NCBI GenBank assembly: GCA_965202585.1
Contig: OZ241834.1
Coordinates: forward strand, 7,378,001-7,442,000
Length of the DNA stretch: 64,000 bases
Source of the DNA: Thalia democratica
Taxonomy: Eukaryota
Direction: 5' to 3'
Below the pieces are notes generated by a model. The model made no database searches and had not been told where the DNA came from. It was given only the letters and a program-made list of their open reading frames with translations. Of this stretch, positions 1-13,900 are shown piece after piece. Position 1 is the stretch's first letter. The number at the start of each line of letters is the position of its first letter. Made by a program: the position numbers and the translations under genes.

Positions 1-149
1 TGTTTTATGGCGCTTATTTTAATCTTGTGTTGAGTTAAACTTTTTTGTTTTAGTTTTTTAACCAACCAATTTTATTTAACTATAGAGTTTAGAACAAATA
101 AATAGGACACAGTAATCTATCCACTAATAGGAGATTGATAATTAATAAC

Positions 150-414
150 TTATTATTTTTTAGAAAAAAACAATTACTCAGTTTCACCGCAGAGCGGATT
201 TTCAAATTGTAAATCTGTAGTAAAATGATAATGGCAAAAATTACAAATAACTAAAAATTGGTTTAAGTTAAGCTTTTTTAATTAACAAAAACCTTATTTC
301 AAACCAACTTTAAGTTATTTGTCATTTTTACCATTATTATTTTACTACAGATTTACAATTTAAAAATCCGCTCTGCGGTGAAACTGAGTAATTGTTTTTT
401 CTCAAAAATAATAA
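150..414. mobile_element. Foldback/MITE: ~120-bp inverted arms with a short spacer
   Basis: aaacaattactcagtttcaccgcagagcggatttt...ctgtagtaaaat (about 168-230) is the reverse complement of 340-400. Flanks attaataac / atcattaac match 7/9 and may be a 9-bp TSD. Confidence 0.75.
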
Positions 415-1356
415 ATCATTAACTATTTTTGTTGCAACTAAAAAGCGTTAGAGTTTAAATTTCATAACCTCATCAACATACTTCGAACATTTTTACAGAC
501 ACTTTTGATCTTTTTTTGCTAACAGCCTTGTATTTATACTGTGTGGGTTAAGTCTTGAACGAAAAGTGAAACTCGAAACAAGTACATAACCAACTTGTAG
601 CAAAAATAAAAACAGTGTTAATAAGTAGTAACTAGTTTATTTTTAGTCATCGCTTAACTTTTTTTTCTTACACTTGTTTAATTCTAGATGGTTGTTAAGT
701 CATACACCATAAAATATATTAAAAAAAATCTTTAATCAATACTATATATATACTGTTTTAAAACAACGGCGTAATGTTAACTAAAAATTCTTTAAATGTT
801 TCAATTAAAAGAGAAAAGTTTAAAGCTTAAAACAAAAATATATTTCAAATGTTTAAAAATCGTTTAAAAATAAAAAAACTAAAATGTAGAAAGTTAAGAA
901 ACAAAGTTTTTATACTAATCAAGTCAAAGATGTTTTACTAAAGTAATAAACTTAATCTTACAATTTGCATTTTTTATAATTACAACTAATAGCAAATGCT
1001 TTAAAATAAAACTCATACTCAATCAAATTAAAAGTGATTTCTTTGTTTTTGAACTAAGTTATAAAATATGCTTGTAATTTAGTTCAAACAACTTTTTTTT
1101 AGTTATTGTAGATAACCACTGAAATAATTTTTTTAATTATTACAACATTTTTAAATACAAAAACATATCTTTTAAAACACTTTTATAGTACCCTCATGGT
1201 TGTGAATGTGATTATAGTTATCTAAAGAAGTATAAACACTTGTATTTAAATTAAGTAAGTTGTAAATTTTGTTTCAACATTTAAGAAAAACATTTATTTA
1301 ACATTTTTAAACTTTAAGTCACATTGAAAAAAGTGTTTGTTAACATATTCTTATGT

Positions 1357-1901
1357 TCAATAAAACCGGTCATTTTGTTTAAAACTTTTGTTTGTTCTTC
1401 TTAATACTTCTTTTTTGCTTGGGTTTTGATTTTTCTTAGCTTCCTTTACACTGCTTTTTAATGATTTTAGTTTTTTTACATCTGTTTCTGAAGCCAGATC
1501 ACTAAAAATTAATGTTTTGATAAAACTTTTGTGATCGTCCTTTTAATTTTTCTTTTCATTCTTGATAAAAACATTAAATTATGTCACAAAAGTGCATATG
1601 TATATTTTTTATATATAAAACTAAAATAAATATATAAATAAAAACTTTTAACAATTTTATCTGAAAAACCTTGAATATTTTAAACTAAAATTTATAATTA
1701 AATAGTCTTTTTTTTTTGATTTCTCTTTTGGTTCAAAATACACAAACATCTTTAAGCTGGTTATCAACTAAAATATAATTATTTTTCATAAACAAACTTG
1801 CTAATGGCGTAAGATATAACTTCATTTGAAATTTTTTCATAACAATAATCGTTCATCCACGAAGTTACTCTTAAAAATAGCTCGTCAACTTGCGACTCGA
1901 C
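1357..1901 (-). CDS. PKD1-like terminal exons 52-53 (1798-1901, 1357-1501): coiled coil and Lys-rich tail
   Basis: cacatag|VESQVDELFLRVTSWM...|gtttgt (phase 0 to 2), then ttttag|DLASETDVKKLKSLK...NDRFY* (phase 2). Phases fit and the heptad pattern continues from TEAVLAE. Confidence 0.65.
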
Positions 1902-4900
1902 CTATGTGTTAAAAAAATGCTTATATATATAATAAAGCTTACGAGTTCAGTTACAAAATAAACTAAGAAGTTATATGACAATGAATTTTTGTTTGTGGGT
2001 ATATTTTATACTCAAGTAGGACAATAATGTCATAAAATATTGATAAAAGAAGGAAACTTTCTACGTGCAAATTGTTTAAAAACAAAAAATTCAACTTCTA
2101 ATAAAATAAAACCAACCTCGGCGAGAACGGCTTCCGTGGTGTACACGTGATCCTCCAACTTGACTTTCTCCTCAACAACTCCCCCCATCTCCTCGATCGC
2201 CTTCAGCTTCCTCTTCGATCCGCGCCCCTCCGCGCGCCGCATGCGATCCGTCCTCCCCGGCAGCAGCCTGGCGAACAAGCAGGAGCTGCCGAGACGCCCC
2301 GCTCCCCCCGCGAGAACTCGGAGGAGGACCCGGCACGTTTCTGTTACTTTCAGCTTCTTCTCCCTCCTCACCTTTTTCTTCTTCCTCAAGCGCAGCGACA
2401 TCCTGAAGCATTCCGCCATCATCTCCGTCACCTTTCTCCTCGTCTTCCTTCTCTTCGAGCTCCAAACCACCTTCAGGACGATCTTGCCGACGAAGAAGAG
2501 CGCGGAGTAGTAGAGGAAGAGCGCGACGTTGGCTAGGAAGGAAAGTTTGGGTTTGGGGGATTTTTGTGCGCTTCTGGACAGCATTGCCGGCCAAGAGAGC
2601 GCGAATAAGTCGTTCATCGGTGAAGTGTGAAAAAGTCTGCTCATCAGGTAAGCTAACACGACTAAAATCAACATTATGAAAACTGAGCTGAAAATAACTC
2701 TTGTTTTTCTGAAGAGTTTTGTTATTTTTAAGTATTTTTCGTCAAGCGCTTGCAGGATGCACATCAAAGTTTTCAAGAGAAGCGCGCCAAACCAAGCTGC
2801 AAGGAAGCAACGTTCGACCTGATCGCTGCAAACCAAATCATCAAAAATCTCGAACACATCGTCTGATCGCAAGTTGTACGAAGTCAGTTCGAGCTTGACC
2901 GCGATTCGCTTCTTCAAGCAATTGCTCGCAACTACTGCGCACAAATGTGCCGCACCGAAAACCCACACCGACGCTTCTACGCAGCTTTCGTATTTGAAAT
3001 GTTTGCTTTTCGATTTTGCCAAACTTTCGTTTGTTTTGCTCATTAGAGCGTACAAACTGTAACAGCAGAACCAAATTACGAATACCAGCTCGGAAAGAAG
3101 GAAATCTTTTTGTGAGTGCGAAACAGATATAACTTCGCTAACTGCGCTCTTTTTCATAAGTATGTTGCTTTTGAAGTAACTTTTATGATTCGTTTTTATC
3201 AAGAACTCAGTTTTAGGATCGAAGGTGATCAAATCGCTCATTATCAAGTCCGAATTCAAATTACTTTTTATAAACTCATTGTTCATCCACGGTTTATAAG
3301 TACGTCGCTGGTCCACTTCGTAATTCACACCGTCCACGTTTTTGATGTCACCAACCGGTTTGCAGTCACTCGCCTTCTTCAGCCCGACTTGCACCAACTT
3401 TTGACAGTTGTCTCGCTGTAGCGTTTTCGAAAGCAGGTGCTGGTGAACTGGCGCCACTAGCAAACTGCTGCCAGCTTCGTTTCGATCGTTCAACACTTTG
3501 TACTCGTCAAACTTTAAAGTTGTGGTGTTGCGCAGAAACGACTCGAACTCGAGTTTGGATCTCGCCCTCGTAGTGTCGCCGCCCCCGGAGTGCTTTTCAC
3601 TCGTGAGGCAGATCAGCACAAGGAGCCACATTGACAAGATTTCTAACACTTTGTTGAACGATTTTATGGCTTTAGATCTTTTCCACTTTGAAACTTGGCA
3701 TATGCGGTTGCTGCTTCGTTTCTTTTCAAATCTTCTTTGCGGTTTGTCTTGCTGCATGAGAGTGGTGAATCTTGAGCTTTTGCTGCTCGCAAAATTTTCC
3801 ACACAGTCTTCTTTGATTCCATAATCTGCATGAATAGTACATCAAATATTTTTACTTTTAATTAGCGACCAAAAATTATTTGGAAAGTTGTTTTTCGTAT
3901 TCTTTAATGGTTGATAAAGTATTTATTAAATAAGTTAAACACTTACCAGAAGAATTGTTTTTGTAAAAGTAGTCTCCGGTGTCGACGACTTCCACACTCG
4001 GCATCAATTCTCCTAACTCTTCTGATGACGTCATAGCGCTGAACAGCGCCACCGTCACTACAACCACGACGTCGACGACCGCGAACGTCATCAGCGAGGC
4101 GACGACGAAACTCTGCCACCACGAATTCATGACGTCATCCGTGACGTAACAAGGGCGGAAGAAGCACGCATACGTCACATGCGCGTATGACGTCATAATT
4201 ATAACGATGTGGTAGGCTGTTGCGACGGGATTGAAAAAGCGCGGGAGAAACCTTCTCGGTTGGCTGTTGCTTGCATGTGGCGGCAGGTATGACGTAATAA
4301 TCGGAATGTTGTGCATTTCTCCTAAGTTGTTATGTTCAACTTGAGACAATGAGTTTAACCAAACCAGATCGCTGTTTGAATTTTTTCAATTTTTTGTTTT
4401 AATTTGGTATTATAACTATGATACTTTCCAAAGCAATCTACAATTGAAAACTTGTATATTATTTAACTTTTTATGGTTTATTAACTAAACAAACATTTTT
4501 TTTTCTATTTTTTAAGATTTAAAATTTCTATCTTATAAAATGGTGTAGGGATTTCAAAACGTTTTGTTTTATTAAAAAATAAGCAACATTATGTGAAAAT
4601 ATCTGTTTTCATAAACTCAAACTATTTATTTCAGTAAACAACTAACCTGCCAGTTTCGGAAGCAATAACGTCACTTGGAAAGTACGAGTGGTCTTTTATG
4701 CGTGACGTTTCAGATGACATCATCAGAGACGGAATTGTCACGTCACAGTCAGAAGACATGACCGAGACAGCCGTGTCACCGTTTTCTGATGAAAATTATA
4801 TATTATAAAAGAAGTGTTTAAAAATTAAGCTTGGTTATACGACAATGAAAGTACTTTTTTTTTTTAATTCAGTGACACATCTCAGTGACATGAAAGTCAT

Positions 4901-7900
4901 AAAAGTAAAATTTAAGATGTCATTATTAAGAATCCGTATTAAGATAAAATGGAAAATAGTTGTTAAATAAAAGAACTCATATATTATTACAATATATATT
5001 TATAAAGTCATTGTTTAATACGCTGTAAAACTTATTTTACTCATATCTGAAAAAATATTAAATTTACATTATAAAAACTGAACAAAATATTTAATAAATT
5101 AGAATCAATCACACCTGGGTAGCTTCTGTAGTTTTCGTCACTGTACGCGTCATAATACGACGACAAATATTTGTCGTGCTCGCTGTGATCATCTGCTGAC
5201 GAGTAGCGCATGACGTTGTCCACTTCCGCTATGACGTCATCGATGGGCGAGTTGGCGAGAAAGCCGAAACTTTTTTGCAAGTCGAAGTTGGCGAGCGTTT
5301 CCGTTTTTCTCAGTCCGCCTGTTTCGTAAAGAAAATCATTTCTAAGTAAAAAGTTAACAATCAAACAAATAATAGTGTTTTTATAAAATTATTCATAAAA
5401 TTCAATATTAGTGCATGCATTTTAATTTTTTACTCTAAAACAAAAGAAAAAATAATAGACTTGTTAGTTGTTTATTTTATAAAACAACATAATAACATAA
5501 GCTATAAATAAAATCTAAATTAAGTATACTTAGGAGCTATATCTAAAACCTGAGAAGTGTACATATTTACACGTACTTCGAGAAAAATTTTTCATTGGTA
5601 ATTCGTGCTTGAAATATTTGTCCTGATTATCAAAAAAGTACTCGCTATCATCGAAAGTCTGGGAATCAGTATTTTTTGTGCTTGTGTTGTCCTCAACTAC
5701 AACGGAAATTCGGTCGTCTAGTTTAGTTAATCTTTGAAGAAAATTATTTTTTATTTCCTAAAAGTCTTGACTTAAATTTATAATAATTATATATTATTAG
5801 AGTTTGTTAAACGGCTCAAAATATTTGGTCCTAGGACTTGGTGCACAAAGAACCTTTCGGTTATCGAGTTTCTTTTAGTCTTTATTATTTTTTTTTATTA
5901 GATCTAAATAAAAGCTTTTGTTTTTCAATTGAAATTTTAGTATGATACATTTTAATTAAGTCTTTTAGATTTACTAGTTAAACTTAGCAGTAGCATCACA
6001 AGAGATATAGTTTTCTTAATAGCTTAATAAAAGTATAAAATTTTAACAATAAAAAATTACCTATAAACAAGATTGCCTGGTTGTACAATCAACCAAGATG
6101 CAAACGATATACAAATACACCACACTAATTCCTCTATTTTTGTCAAGTAGTAACCTTTGAAATAAAATATTAGCTGTTTTAAAAAAAATTGAAATATATT
6201 GAAAAACTTTTTCAGATATATTATACTAATACTTAAACTGAAACTAATTTTGTTTAGTCGCATTACTGTTTAAGTTTCTTTAATTTTCATAAAAACTGTT
6301 TTATTAAATCTATTTTAAAACAGTAAGTTTTTTAAAACTTTAGTAAAAATATGCATCATTATCAAAAGTTTCCCAAACTTGAATTTTAAGGTTATAAGAA
6401 CTGTTCCGTCTACTCTATATTCAAATAATAAATTTACTTAAACAATTTGTTGACTAGAATTAACTATTATTCTGAAAAATTTTTGTTTAAACACGTCATA
6501 ATTTAAAACAAACCTTCAAAATGAAAGAACTGAAAGTTGAAAATTTTCTTTGAACAGCTGAGCGCAAGGAGGGATGATAAGAGCGCAATGAAGTTGATCA
6601 CTCTTTGAGATCTCTTCAAACTACCCCACTGAGGACAAGTGAATACCGACATCAAACTGTTGTTTCATTGTTATTTACATAGTTTTTGAGTGTTAGAATA
6701 ACTTAAAAACTTTAAACAACACAACAAGTTTTGAAATAAAAATTTAGCAAATCATAAAACTTTACAAATATTAGTTTATTATATAAAGTATAATTACTGT
6801 AAACCAGGAATTCCCAAACTTTTTTTCAAACGGTCTCCTATAAAATAACTAAAAAAGCTACTGCCCAAACTTAAAAGAGTTCTTAAAAAACTACTAATGA
6901 AACGGCTAAGATCTTCTTTTTCCTTTTTTTTTGCTCTTCATCATCAATTCCAGAATATCTAGTGAGAGTTTCAAATCATGGCTTTGTGGTTTCCCCTTTT
7001 ACAGCTTATTGTCTTCTAAATTTTCTAAAAGTTTTCTTTAACATCTGGTATAAATTTCAAAACTGCCATTAAAAACGCCTAAGACTTTTTTTTTTGCTAT
7101 TCATCATCAAATCCAGAAAGTTTAGTTTTAAACTATGACCTCATGGCCCCCTGAGGCCCAAGGTGCAATTTGGGTGCAAAATATAAAAAACCGTGCTGTA
7201 AACAAACATTCCTCAGAAATTTTTTAAACTTACTTTAGATTTATTATATATATTATAAAAAAAAAGTAGTATCAAACTTGTGAAATTCTACGAGGTAGTT
7301 TCTCAATCTGTAAAGAAAAGAAGTCGAGAACTTGATGTTTCCATCTAAATTTTTCAGCTTTATTTTGTCACCCGCGCGGACTGTTTTAAACGCAGGAAAA
7401 TAAAACATCTTTTGAGTATTGATGTCTCGAACTGTTACGTAATCAACAGCCCAATCTTTGACGTCATTCTTTTGATGCTTGTCACCATATTTCAATGTGA
7501 CGTGGCTGAGGTTTCCGAGGGACTGGCTGAATGTTGCTACAAACGCTTCTGAAGAACCTAAACAATGAAAGTTTAGATGTGATAAAACGAGTGAAAATAT
7601 ATACAGGAACTAAAATCATTTTCGATATTTGAAATTTATTTATTATTTTTTTTTTTTTTTTAATTATACTTTGATTACCTAAAATCATTATAAGTTGTAC
7701 ATTTTAATTATTTTTTTCTTTATAACACTAACTTATCCCTACAGTATTAGGACTTAAAAAAAAATGTTTTTGAAAACTTGTTAATGATCAAAATAAAATA
7801 ACTTACTAACCTGTTGTGAAGTTTGTAGAACGAGGTTTAACATCCGAGTTAGAAGATGAAGTCAATTTTCGCTTCTTGTAAGAACCCTGTGATTCAGTGT

Positions 7901-10900
7901 GCATCTTCAGGTAGACATTTGTATCAGCATCACAGTTGCTTCCCGGCCAACAACTAGTTTGAATCACTATCTCATAAGTCTGAACAATTTTATTAAAAAG
8001 TCAAACAAGCAAATAATTTTGTTGTGTAATATTCAAAACTAGCTGTTTAAAACGTATTACTCGAACGAGTTTTACCACTTGTAAAACTTATGTACAAACA
8101 ATCAATTTTGCTACAAATCTTATTATAAACTAACAAAATATTTGTAACTGAATACACTTTTCGTACTAAAGTTTTAGCTGTAATTTTGTACTAGAGAAAA
8201 GAGTTTTAACAACTTTACGTAACAAAAAAAAATTTTACGTTTGAATCAAGTTTGCTGAAATTGTAAATCATATTTGCTCACCTGTGTGTGGTAAAACTTG
8301 TTGTCGGGTAAAATTGCAGGCACGACTGCTTCCAGCACCTTGCTCGAACCGAGCCAATCAGAAAAGAAGTTGCCGTTTTTACTCGAAGCCGATTGGTTGA
8401 TGTTTTTCGAGAGATGCTGAGACATCATTAGCAGTGAAACGTTGATAAAAGTGATTAAGGCAACAATCTGTTAAATTTTTTATGTAAATTCTTAAACTCT
8501 TTGGTCTAGCAGTTAAAAATTTCAATGTTGTTGTTGTGACAAACCATAATAAATTAATTGTTTATTAAACAACAAAAAAACGCTCAAAACGTTTGGTTAT
8601 CTAGTCATACACCACAATTACAGTTTAATGTCTTGTCCAAGACGAGACTTAGATTTAAAAAGTTTTTTTCTGTTTTATGTAAAAAAAGAACTGTTATTGT
8701 TCATATACAAACCACAAAAAAGTCGTAACAATATTTGAAGCTTTCGAACTATTGTGACCACAAAACTTACAGTTAAAAACTTGTAGTTTGTTTCATAGTA
8801 GTAGAGTTTTTGTCTTGAAGTTGAAAAGGACAGCTTCTTGAAGGAACTCGTAAAAGTAGACAGATGATTGGTCAAACAAACTGTCTGCTCTACTGTTGAA
8901 TCAACTGACACCTGAAAAATAATAGACAACAATTGATACAATATAGATTTCTGAAACAAAAGTTTTACTTTATATCAACTTTATTCAAAACGGCCATTTT
9001 ATTTCTATTAAATTATTCTATTTGTATTTACTTTAACAGTTTATTACTAACAAAACAATGTTTCACTCATATGTATGTATGAGATATAGATAAAAATCTC
9101 CTTAAAAACATTTAAGTCGAGAACTTTAAATTGTTTGATATAAAACAAGTTACAACATTAAATTATTCCATCTTAACTAAACTATAAAAGCATAGAAATT
9201 AACATTTATGCATTCACATACTTTTACTCCGTTCGTGCTCCATATTCTACTATCTTCAACCCAATAGTAGCAATCCGACACCCAAACATTCACCATAAGT
9301 TCAATCTTCTTGGTTGACACAACACCACCTTCGCCTTCTTTGTGCATCTTCCACACAACGACATAGTACTCCGAACTCGGTTGAAAAGAACGCGATTGAA
9401 GCAAAAGCTTGACCACACGGTTCGAATCTGATGCATGTTAGGTTTAAGTTGTGCTAGCTCAAAAAACTTTGTTATAAACAAAAATTAATGAACTGATAAC
9501 TTGATAATTAAGAAGGGTTATACACTATTAATTTTCTAAATGATGTCCATCTTTTAAGACTATGGTTGTAGCTCTTTCTCTGAAGTTATCGACTGAAGCA
9601 GGCAGCATTTTCAGAGGCTTTTAGCCAATCTTCTCACAGGAGATGTTTGACAAGCATCAAGACTCGGATAAATTACAGAAGAGACCTCCTCTTTTAGCAT
9701 AGATCACAAAATTATTTAGATTCGAAACTGGCAAAACAAGAGGCTACATCTTCTTAGTCATAATCTACAAATATGACATTTTAACCAGTCCTGAGCTCTT
9801 GTTGAGGTTTTGGTTAGTGCTTCATCTTGTTTTTTTTTTTTTCATTCCTTTAAAAACTCTAATCAAAATAATATTAACCTAGAGATCTGTGTTGGTTTTA
9901 ATCACATGCTGAACAACAACAAAAAGTGACTTAAAAGACTAAAATGCTAAAACGCCATAAGTGAAAATTGCATCTGTAAGAGGTGGACTCTTCTCGGAGC
10001 ACATCAGAGAGACGGTTTGTTCATTTCTATTGATAACAGAAGCATTTAAGAATAACAAATTTAAGAATTTTTTGTGGGAAAAATACGATATATCGCTTTG
10101 CTGTGCTAGTATTTAAACTGGTAAGGAAACTCTTTACTCTGTGACTGTCCTTATTTGTTGCTTTTGGACTAAATCTGTAGGTATCATTTTATTTATATTT
10201 TGTAGTAGGAAAAGTTAGAAAAAATTATTGCCTCTATGTTACTCTTTTGAAAAAGTGTAAACAAAGCTATTATAATTAAATATAAAATCACTAATACAAA
10301 TAAAAAAAAATAAATGCTACTTTAATTTGAAGAAAAAGATAAAAAAGGAATCTAAGTTATCTTTAATTTGTTATCTTTTTATCTTAAATTAAATGATATT
10401 TATCATAAATAAACAAAAAACTCCGAGATCCTTTGATTCACCGAAATTATTTTTCAAATATTAATTCACACTAATAATTTAAAAACGATATTTTATAAAT
10501 TACTAATTAATTTACTTTTAACTTTGTATAAGACCGAAATCCTTTAAATAATTTATTACTTAATCTAAACTTTCTTTTAATTTTACAGTAGCAACTAAAA
10601 CTCGAACACCGATTTTCAGATTTAAAATATATTCAAAGTAACTGAACTTATTGAAATTATTGTTCAAAAATAGTATATATTTTAAGCTTCGAAATTGAAA
10701 TATTTTGGACTTCTTATGTTTGTTATTAGTGATAAACAACAAAATTACTAATTTAACAACTTAAATATAATTCAAAAACTATTAATGAGAATTTTAACTC
10801 AAAAAAATATATGTCAGCAAAAAAAATAAAATAACCTAAATTTTGTTCCAATTATTAATTGTGATTTAGAAGATAAAAACTATATATTAGTATAGTAATT

Positions 10901-13900
10901 TTCTAATGAAATTATTACACATTAGACAAAAAAAAGTAACTATTGTAAGAAAGATAAAAGTTTAAGATCAGAAATCTAAAGTTAAATTCATCAAAATCAT
11001 TATTGAAATTTAATTCATAGAAAGTATCAACCTTTTCTTTTAGACCTTGAATACCTTTTTGATATAACACCATAAGACAAGAAATTCTTGTGAGAATTTT
11101 TGTTTTCAGGTGAAAAACTCATTACGTCATCCATGCTCAGTTTTCTTTGTGTGAGTCCGACTATTGTGTCATAAAGTCTGTAACAAAACAGTTTTAATAA
11201 TAAAATCAATTGTTTAAATGAAATATAACTGTATAAAAAATTGCAGCAAACAAAAAACGTGTCATAAAGTCTGTAACAAAACAGTTTTATTAATGTTTTT
11301 TTTTTATTCAATATGTCTGTATGAAAAATTTTAGCAAACAAAAAACGTGGCTTGGTTAGTTTTTTTTTGCTTTTTAGAAATTAAAGCTAACATACATTAG
11401 ATCAAATATACTTTTAGTATACTAACCAATTAAACTAACGGTAATTTTATTTTATATTTTAGCATAGTGTTAGTAATTAAACCTGTATTATCTAAATGCA
11501 TTTATTACCACCCATTACTTTTCATTAAACTAAAAGTTACTCTATAACTATCTCATTTAAAAAATTAATAAACAACGATATTATAAGTGAAAAATTAAAG
11601 CTATTTTATAATAGTTGTAAACATAAGTATGAGTCTTATTTTAAGCAGAAATATAAAAAGCATATAGATTACTTTAAAAAAAAATGTAAGTTTTATAAAA
11701 AAAATACCTGTGAGAATTTTCCTCTGCTTCAACAGAAATGAGAATACTATTTCTATTTGAAAGTCCACTATTGTTTATTTTATGAAATACAACCTCTGTG
11801 CCATAAAAAAATGTATTTGTTGCGTATGATGTGCTCTAAAAAATATCAATACATTTTATTATTTCTTGACGTTTAACTACTATTTTTCATGTAACACGGA
11901 CATGACAAACATTTTACTTTTTAATAAACTTATTGCATGATTAAGTTTACTTTTACAAACTTTTTTGTATTAGAAATAAATGAAAAACTTTTAACCAGTA
12001 GAATTTTTAAATCTTGACTTATTTAGCTTTAACTAGAATACCTTTTCTAAAATTCAATAGTTTACACAACTTAATTACTTGCAATGCGTATTTATATAGA
12101 TAAAATTTTTACTGATAAACACATTAAAGTTGTCTAAAAATTTATTTACAAGTAGAGTTTATATAGTTAGTTTCATTATTTAAATCTAAGAAAAAATACC
12201 GTATAGTATTACACATAAGAATTTATGTTCAAAAGAGTATGGAATATGATTCTATCTAAAGATGTTAGTTAAACAAACTCAAAAGAAAAACTTTTACATG
12301 ATGATAATTAATATTCACACAGTATTATAGATACCTGTTGTCTTGGGGGTAACAGAATTTTCATATTTTTCTCATAATTTTGTATTTTTAAATCTTGCTT
12401 GTCAAATGATAACCAAACAGACAGCACATCTTTGCTTAGCTAAAAATTATAAAACGGTTGAAACTTATAGCGATATCAAAAAAAAATTAGGTATATTCAG
12501 TCTTTTATAAAACATAAGTTTATAATTTTGACAATAATTTTTCTATAATGAGGAAAAATAAAAGTTTGTACCTTTACGTCTGAAAACAGATCATTATTGA
12601 CTGAAAAATCAAATTTTTGGAGAGCTAAAGTTTGTTGAAGGCTTTTATAAGGAAAGTTTTGTTTCTCAGGAAACTTTATTCCAACTTCAACTGTAAAATT
12701 ATTTAATGTTTTGTTTACTTCAAGTTACAAATTTGTGTATTAGTAGTTCAAGTTCAAAAAAAGACTTCAAATCAAAATAGTTTGACTAAACGCATAAAGA
12801 AGAGCTTAATTTTACTAACTAGTTTAATTTTGTATTCATAAAAAGTGTTTTTAGTCTTAATTTATTAGTTACATTTATAAAACAGTTGATACACAACTTA
12901 ACTTAAAATACTTGAACATTTTATTTAATTAAAAAACAACTATTTTTAAAAAATAAACAGTTAAAATGTTTTTCCTATTTATACTTTATGTTGAAATGCT
13001 GTTATATTTTAAGTAATAAAAGTTCATGATTTCACGTCTTTACATCTTAAACAGAAATTTTAATTTTAAAAATATTCTGACATTTTAATGCAAGTAGAAT
13101 ATCTTAAGTTTAAAATATAAAATATAACAATCCCCAAAAACTTTAGATATTTTTAACATAAACTTATATTGTAACTACTTAAACAAGACATATACAAAGT
13201 CAGTAAAACTCACTCTATTACTAAAGATTAACACTTCACTTAATGATTACAACTTTAAAAACTAATATCTAAGAAAAATAAAGAACTCTATTAATGCAGT
13301 GATAAAATAACAAACCTGTTTTATTTTCGTACGTCATTTTGTCTATAACCAGAATTTTAGACTGTGATTGAGAAAACACAACATGATTTCCATTTTTTAA
13401 ATAAACAGATTCGAATTCTAAAGTCGAATGTTTTGAAGCTGTTAAAAGTGACAATGTATTATAAATACGATACAACAAACTTTATATAAGTACAAATTAA
13501 ACTATTTTTCTTAATTTGAACATTATGAATAGTTTGTTAAATGACAAAAAAGAGCGCTCAAAATATTTGGTCCTAGGACCTGGTGAACGAAGAACTTTAC
13601 GGTTATCTAGTCGCATACATTTTGATACCTTTTAACGTCTAGCCCAGGACATTGATAGTTTTTTTAAATGAGTAAAACTAAACAAACTGTTTAAACTTGA
13701 AACATTCATCACTGACAAACTTAATGAATATAAAATAAATCTTAGTAGCAAACAATTTTACCTGCAATGCCTCTTCTGAAAAGTAGCAACAAGTTAGACA
13801 GTTTTTGTTTGATACTAAAAGTTTTGTTTCTAACATCTGATATCGTCGAGTAAATCTCAAATGCAGTAGCAAAAGTATCATCAATTTTTTCTTTGATTTT

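Noticed and set aside
2147-3824. Several + strand and alternative-frame ORFs over PKD1-like exon 51
   Set aside because: Shadow ORFs caused by GC-rich codon usage on the opposite strand.
9410-9432. GGTTCGAATC tRNA B-box-like motif
   Set aside because: Lies inside the GPS coding exon and has no cloverleaf. I found no tRNA or rRNA genes in the window.
9560-10060. Moderately GC-rich stretch in intron 39
   Set aside because: Stops occur in all frames checked. It may be an old TE fragment, but no family motif could be supported.
10560-10742. 60-aa minus-strand ORF in intron 39
   Set aside because: Exon 39 (phase 1) joins exon 40 directly; the ORF is AT-rich with no motif.
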